A DNA stretch of 64,000 nt from Novakomyces olei. Taxonomy: Eukaryota. Shown piece after piece: positions 58,673 through 64,000 of the stretch; within the stretch, counting starts at the first letter, position 1; every line of letters begins with the position of its first letter. The notes beneath the pieces are model-generated. The model was not told the origin of the DNA, searched no databases, and saw nothing but the letters and a program-made list of their open reading frames with translations. The position numbers were made by a program, and so were the translations under genes. The stretch covers positions 620,001 to 684,000 of the forward strand of contig JADEYG010000009.1 of NCBI GenBank assembly GCA_016906335.1. The letters are read 5' to 3'.

Positions 58673-61067
58673 ATGGCCGAGGCAGAAAGCAGTAGCAATC
58701 TCCATCTCGATCCCGTTACGGGCGAAATGGTTTCCAAGAGGTAGTAGCCTTGCTGGTCTATAAAAGCTAACTTTGGCAGCGAATTGAAGAAGCGACAAAA
58801 GCAGCGATACCGCGAGGAGCAAAAGGTTTGGCGCTCTAATGACGTTCGCATGTGCACTTTTACTAACAATGCTACAGGCCAAAAAGCCGGAGCAAGCCCC
58901 ACCTGCTAAACCTGCCGAGTCTGAGGATTTGAAAACCAATATGGAGGATCTTAGCCCGAGAGTAAGTCCTTTTTACAAGTCTATATTATACCCTATCTGT
59001 TTCCCGTTTAATAAATATGTTTTTATTCTTCGAATGATGTATGCTCCCGGCTGTTTGTCTCGCAACATTATCGACAGAATTCTTTAATTTATCTCTTCTG
59101 CTCTAAATGCACTCTCTATACTCATGGTCGGCTGTTGCCTCATGATTGTAGCCTCTGTCCTAAACCTCTTTGCTTTTATGTTGCCTTGTCCATGGATCGT
59201 ACCCATGTCTTTTTCAACGTGAATGCTAAACTGGTCAGCAATACTTTGAAATGCGTACACGCACAATCAACGAACTCCGACGTACCAAAAACCCTAACCC
59301 TTACCCTCACAAGTTTCATGTGACATACAGCCTGCCGCAGTTTATTCATGACTTTGACCATTTGCAGCGTGGGGAAACTCTACCCGGAACTGCTGTGGCA
59401 GTGGCCGGACGAGTCTCCTCCATTCGTACTTCAAGCAGTAAACTGAGATTCTACGAATTGCAGGCAGAAGGCCGACGTGTACAGGTTATGGCCCAGTACC
59501 AGCAAGCTACTCCCGGCGAAGACTTTGAGGCCATGCATAAACACATTCACCCCGGAGATATCGTTGGAGTCATCGGCTACCCGGGCCGTACGAGTCCCAA
59601 GGGCCGAGAGGGCGGAGAGCTTTCTGTATTTTGCCGTACAATTGTCCTTCTCAGCCCTTCTCTGCATATAATGCCAAGCCATAATGGCTTTAAAGACATG
59701 GAACAGCGATTCCGCAAACGGTACCTTGATCTGATTGTGAATGGACAAGTCCGTGAACGATTTCTCGCCCGTTCTCGAATTATTCAGTATATTCGTCAGT
59801 TTTTTGATCGCAAAGACTTCATTGAGGTGGAAACTCCCATGATGAACCAGATTGCCGGTGGTGCAACTGCCAAACCCTTTAAAACTTTCCATAATGATCT
59901 CAATCTCGAGCTTTTCATGCGTGTTGCTCCCGAGCTGTATTTGAAAATGCTCGTCGTTGGCGGACTCGAACGTGTGTACGAGATTGGAAGGCAGTTTCGT
60001 AACGAAAGTGCCGATTTGACTCACAACCCAGAGTTCACTACTATCGAGGCCTACTGGGCTTATGCAGATTACGAGGACATTATGCGTATGACGGAGGAAC
60101 TGGTCTCTGGACTTGTCAAACACATGACCGAAGGCTATGTGACTAACTACCACCCAGAGGGACCAGATGGACCCGTTTACGAGATAAATTGGGAGACACC
60201 TTGGCGCCGAATCGACCTTATAACGTTTTTGGAACAGAGACTGGGGACAACGTTCCCCCCGGGCAATGAGCTGCATACAGAAAAGACAAACGAGTTTTTG
60301 CGTAATCTTTGTAAGCAGCACAAAGTTGATTGCCCTCCGCCTTTGACAAATTCCCGCTTGCTCGATAAACTTGTGGGCGAGTTTATCGAAGAGGATTGTA
60401 TTAACCCAAGCTTTATCATGGGCCATCCGCAAATGATGTCACCACTCGCAAAGTACCATCGTTCTAGGCCTGGACGTAAGTTGATTGATTGACAATAATT
60501 CAGACATTGATGATTATATGCATTGTCAACAAAAATTATTTTAATTTTTACTTTTGTTGTTTATTTATTTTCTCAATTAATTAATTATTATTTATTCATT
60601 TTATAATTCTAACGAATAGTGACGGAGAGGTTTGAAGCGTTTGTCGCTAAAAAAGAGATTTGCAATGCGTATACAGAGATGAACGATCCTATTGCTCAGC
60701 GTGCGGCTTTTGAAGAGCAAGCATTACAAAAGGATCAAGGCGATGATGAGGCACAGCTTATAGATGAGACTTTTCTCGATGCTTTAGAGCACGGCCTGCC
60801 TCCCACTGGCGGTTGGGGAATGGGAATAGATCGTTTGTGCATGTGTAAGTTAAATCTACTATTTGTTATTTCTGCTGACTTCTGCTAGTCTTGACGGATA
60901 CAAACTCGATCCGCGAAGTGTTACTTTTCCCTTACATGCGGCCAGAACAGCGGGGAACTACTCTGCAGAAGCAATTGGAACAGAACTCAGAGCTGTTGGC
61001 GAGTGTTGGAATTGATATTAAACAGGACGATATGGTTGTGGAACCGCGCGGCAGTTTAAACCCATAG
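58673..61067 (+). CDS. KRS1: Cytosolic lysyl-tRNA synthetase. Exons 58673-58740, 58780-58825, 58878-58961, 59239-60475, 60620-60844, 60889-61067
   Basis: [70 protein letters not shown]; five in-phase introns. Confidence 0.96.
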
Positions 61068-61174
61068 AGAATAATGCTATGATTGCCTTTTATAAGGAAT
61101 TAAACCAGTCTCCAACACTAGATATTGCTTTTTAATATAAAATACTAATCCTGTGTCAAATGCTATCGCTTTGT

Positions 61175-62644
61175 TCAATCCTTCAGCTCATTAATAGCCT
61201 TGGTCAATTCTGGTACAGCCGTCTCCAGATTGTCTACTAGACCGACATCAGCCACCTGGAAAATCGGTGCATCCGGATCTGATATTAGTACGTATGGCTA
61301 AAGAGAGATTTCAAACGAGAAATGTAAAATGATAAAAACCAAACATGAAAAAGAAAGAAATAGATAAATAATTGTCAAATGACCTGAATAGACAAACAAA
61401 AAATAAGGAAAATGAGCCAGAACGATTATGTCGAAATCAATCATTAAAATCAATTACCCTTATTTATGCACGAAATAACTTTACTGTCCTTCATGCCGGC
61501 AAGATGCTGAATCGCTCCAGAAATTCCCACAGCAATATACAAATCCGGGGCAACGACCTTCCCTGTCTGTCCAACTTGCAAAGAATTATCGGCAAACCCT
61601 GAATCAACAGCAGCACGACTAGCGCCTACAGCGGCTCCCAAAGCGTCTGCTAATGGGTACATTAATTCCTCAAAGGTTTCCTTGTTTTTCAGTCCCCGGC
61701 CTCCGCTAACGACACGTTTAGCTGTACCCAAATCCGGTCTTTCTGACCGGACAAGCTCTTCCTTGACCCAGTGAGTGCGAATCGGAACTGAAGGCGCTGA
61801 GACTTGTTCAACTGCAACGGCTTTGTCGCCTTCATTGGCCGGTGCAAATGCTGTAGGCCTCACTGTAATTACGCGTATAGAATCGTGAGATTTCACGGTA
61901 GCAATCGCATTGCCTGACGTGTTAGTGTAATTCATTTGTTAGTGTTTGCTCTAGCGAGTCTGTCATTATTGGTCGCTTCTTTTATTCTTTTGTATTCTTG
62001 GGCCACTGTGCACATTGACGCCGAGCTCGTTTTGTAACTGGCCAATTTCTAGAAAATTGTCTACGATAAAGTTAAAAGTAGACACTATTCCTCGTTTCTC
62101 TTTTTTTATTTTTTTTCGTATTTCCCCATATCATTAAATCAGATCCTCTTTCTCAGACCCTCTTTCTCAGATCCTCTTTCTTACCCGCATAAATGGTGCG
62201 CTGAAACGTATCGGCAGCCAACACGGCAATAATATCAGAGATCTGCATAACATCAAGCGCCGCTGCTACACGTGGACCCAAGTTTTTCCCGGCTGCCGAA
62301 TGGCTCACGACAAAAGCCGATGCCTCGATCGATTTGAGAGTAGAAACGACCAGAGGCGTGAGATTCTCCGGAAGTCCGTGGTCATAGTCAGAACTCTCGG
62401 CGATAAGCACTTTGCTTAATCCCTGTGCACGCGCAAGCTGCTCTGCTACTGATTTGGCTGTGCTTCCTGCCACCAGCGCTGTTACTGGCTCCTTCAATGC
62501 CGAGGCGGCTGTTAACGCCGAGAGCGTTGCCGGAGACAATTCTCCGTTTGCATGCTCGGCAAACAAAAGTGTGCCAATACTGCGCACCTGCACACGCGGC
62601 GGAAATGCCCTGCGCAAAGCCGATAATCCTCGTAAAGTCTGCAT
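61175..62644 (-). CDS. AIM45: Electron transfer flavoprotein alpha subunit. Exons 62644-62185, 61913-61458, 61278-61175
   Basis: Presequence, RTIYAGNAI, VVSGGRG, GASRAAVD, QVGQTGK, GISGAIQH, INKDPDAPIF. Confidence 0.95.
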
Positions 62645-62703
62645 GGCAGGCTTGGTCTCGTGTATTATCCTGCAATAATCTTTATCTTTTAATATAAATC
62701 TGA

Positions 62704-62880
<177 letters not shown>

Positions 62881-63217
62881 TTTATTTTTATGTGGCGATC
62901 TATAATACTTGACTAGAAAGCCTTTTGAGCTGCATCCTTCTATAGTTGAATTACTCCTCCGCGTCTTGAGGGCGATACGGTCATATTGTAAAATTGCATT
63001 GTTTGCTGTTATTAAAACGCATATTGCACATGCAATCAATTCTTTTGCTCTGCTAGTCTATGGCATGATTTTACTAAAACAATGACTTTAAGCAATGACT
63101 ACGGTACAAAACATAATTATATATTATACCCACTACTTTTCCCGCAGGAAACTCGCACAAAGATGAATGGGAGATCTATAGAAAATAATTGTAAAGCCAA
63201 GCTTGTTTGATAGGTCA

Positions 63218-64000
63218 CTACAGCAATTTCCTTGGCCGTGACTTGAGTCGACGCTGTCGAATTAGCACTATAATTGAATTAGAACGGCATACCTTATAAA
63301 CTACATAGAGAAGCATTAGCACTGCCTGTAGTGCCGCTAAAGTGGTAATAGTCGACCATTTACTCGATCGCGAACTATCCTGAACAAGCGCCAATGAGCG
63401 AAGTAGTCGCTCTACATCCTGCTCAAGTCGTGTTTCCAGTGTAGAGAGGCGATAACCAATCTCTGCAGTCTGGGCGAGCTGCTCCGTTCCGCCCTGTCGT
63501 CTTTCATGCGACAAACTTCGCTGCAATTCAGAAACCTGGCCTTGCAAAGATGAACTGGAGGGTCAGTACTGTAAAGACGGAAAGAGAAACTAGAGGGATG
63601 TATAGAATGAGCACTATTCAAACAAATAATAAATGGCAACGAAAACAAAGAGTCCAAATCAAAACTTCGGCACAAGCTTACAGAGATGACTGTAGCACTT
63701 TCACACTAGAAGTAAACCCCTCTAGTTGGGAGAGTGAAGCAGAAACAGCCGCTAATTGATCTGCAAGAGGAGCAATGCTTTGGTCAAAGCTTGGAGCTTT
63801 TTCCTTCGGTTTTGCCGCGTCTGTCTCTCCAGCACGATGAACTTGGATCGGGTAAAGAACATAAGAGTGGATTTCATGAGTATCTGCCGCCGCCAAAGAC
63901 TGTGCGGAAAGACCAAAGTGCATTCGAGGCGGCAAATACACATTATGGCTCTCAAAGCACAAATCACCGTCACGCTCGACACGGAAAACGTTTGCAAAAT
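63218..64000 (-). CDS. L-type lectin cargo receptor (Emp46/47, ERGIC-53-like), 3' part. Exons >64000-63682, 63554-63293, 63253-63218
   Basis: LCFE..V.LP..HFGLSAQS..ADTHEI end of the lectin domain, coiled-coil stalk, TM helix, cytosolic tail YKRRLKSRPRKLL. Confidence 0.85.

Noticed and set aside
59431-60432. 333-aa antisense ORF in KRS1
   Set aside because: Antisense shadow with no recognisable motifs
60470-60640. Alternative CUG decoding (Ser or Ala)
   Set aside because: CTG falls at conserved Leu positions, such as KRS1 GLTERFE and ARG3 HCLP, so the standard code fits

Overview
This is a gene-dense eukaryotic (fungal, ascomycete) window with about 27 protein-coding genes, many broken by very short spliceosomal introns (36-60 nt, GT...CTAAC/CTGAC...AG). 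The N-termini of clathrin, Pup1 and pyruvate carboxylase, recalled from memory, look most like fission-yeast proteins, so a Taphrinomycotina-like yeast is inferred (not verified). CUG reads as Leu. Genes in order: DED1 (partial), JHD1, UNC-93-like MFS, PUP1, POP5, Mtf2-like, CHC1, pyruvate carboxylase, ATP11, BAR-PH-ArfGAP, YTM1, EPT1/CPT1, PuuE-family deacetylase, a hypothetical gene, an SDR, an Ash1-like GATA factor, a small membrane protein, ARG3, a Gfo/Idh/MocA oxidoreductase, PX-PH-RhoGAP, a securin-like gene, tropomyosin, UAP1, HIS3, KRS1, ETF-alpha and an Emp47-like lectin (partial). Exon models were rebuilt by hand. I recognised no tRNA, rRNA, snRNA, CRISPR or transposon. Intergenic DNA and long introns carry many unrelated mini- and microsatellites. 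The most interesting leads are: (1) an Ash1-type zinc finger gene preceded by about 21 tandem TTGAT motifs and about 1 kb of heavily self-complementary non-coding DNA (a structured leader or a lncRNA, possibly telomerase RNA); (2) GC-rich stems inside the longer introns, including a perfect 11-bp closing stem in CHC1 intron 1; (3) several isolated multi-hairpin intergenic elements. All RNA structures were found by eye and need folding and covariation tests.
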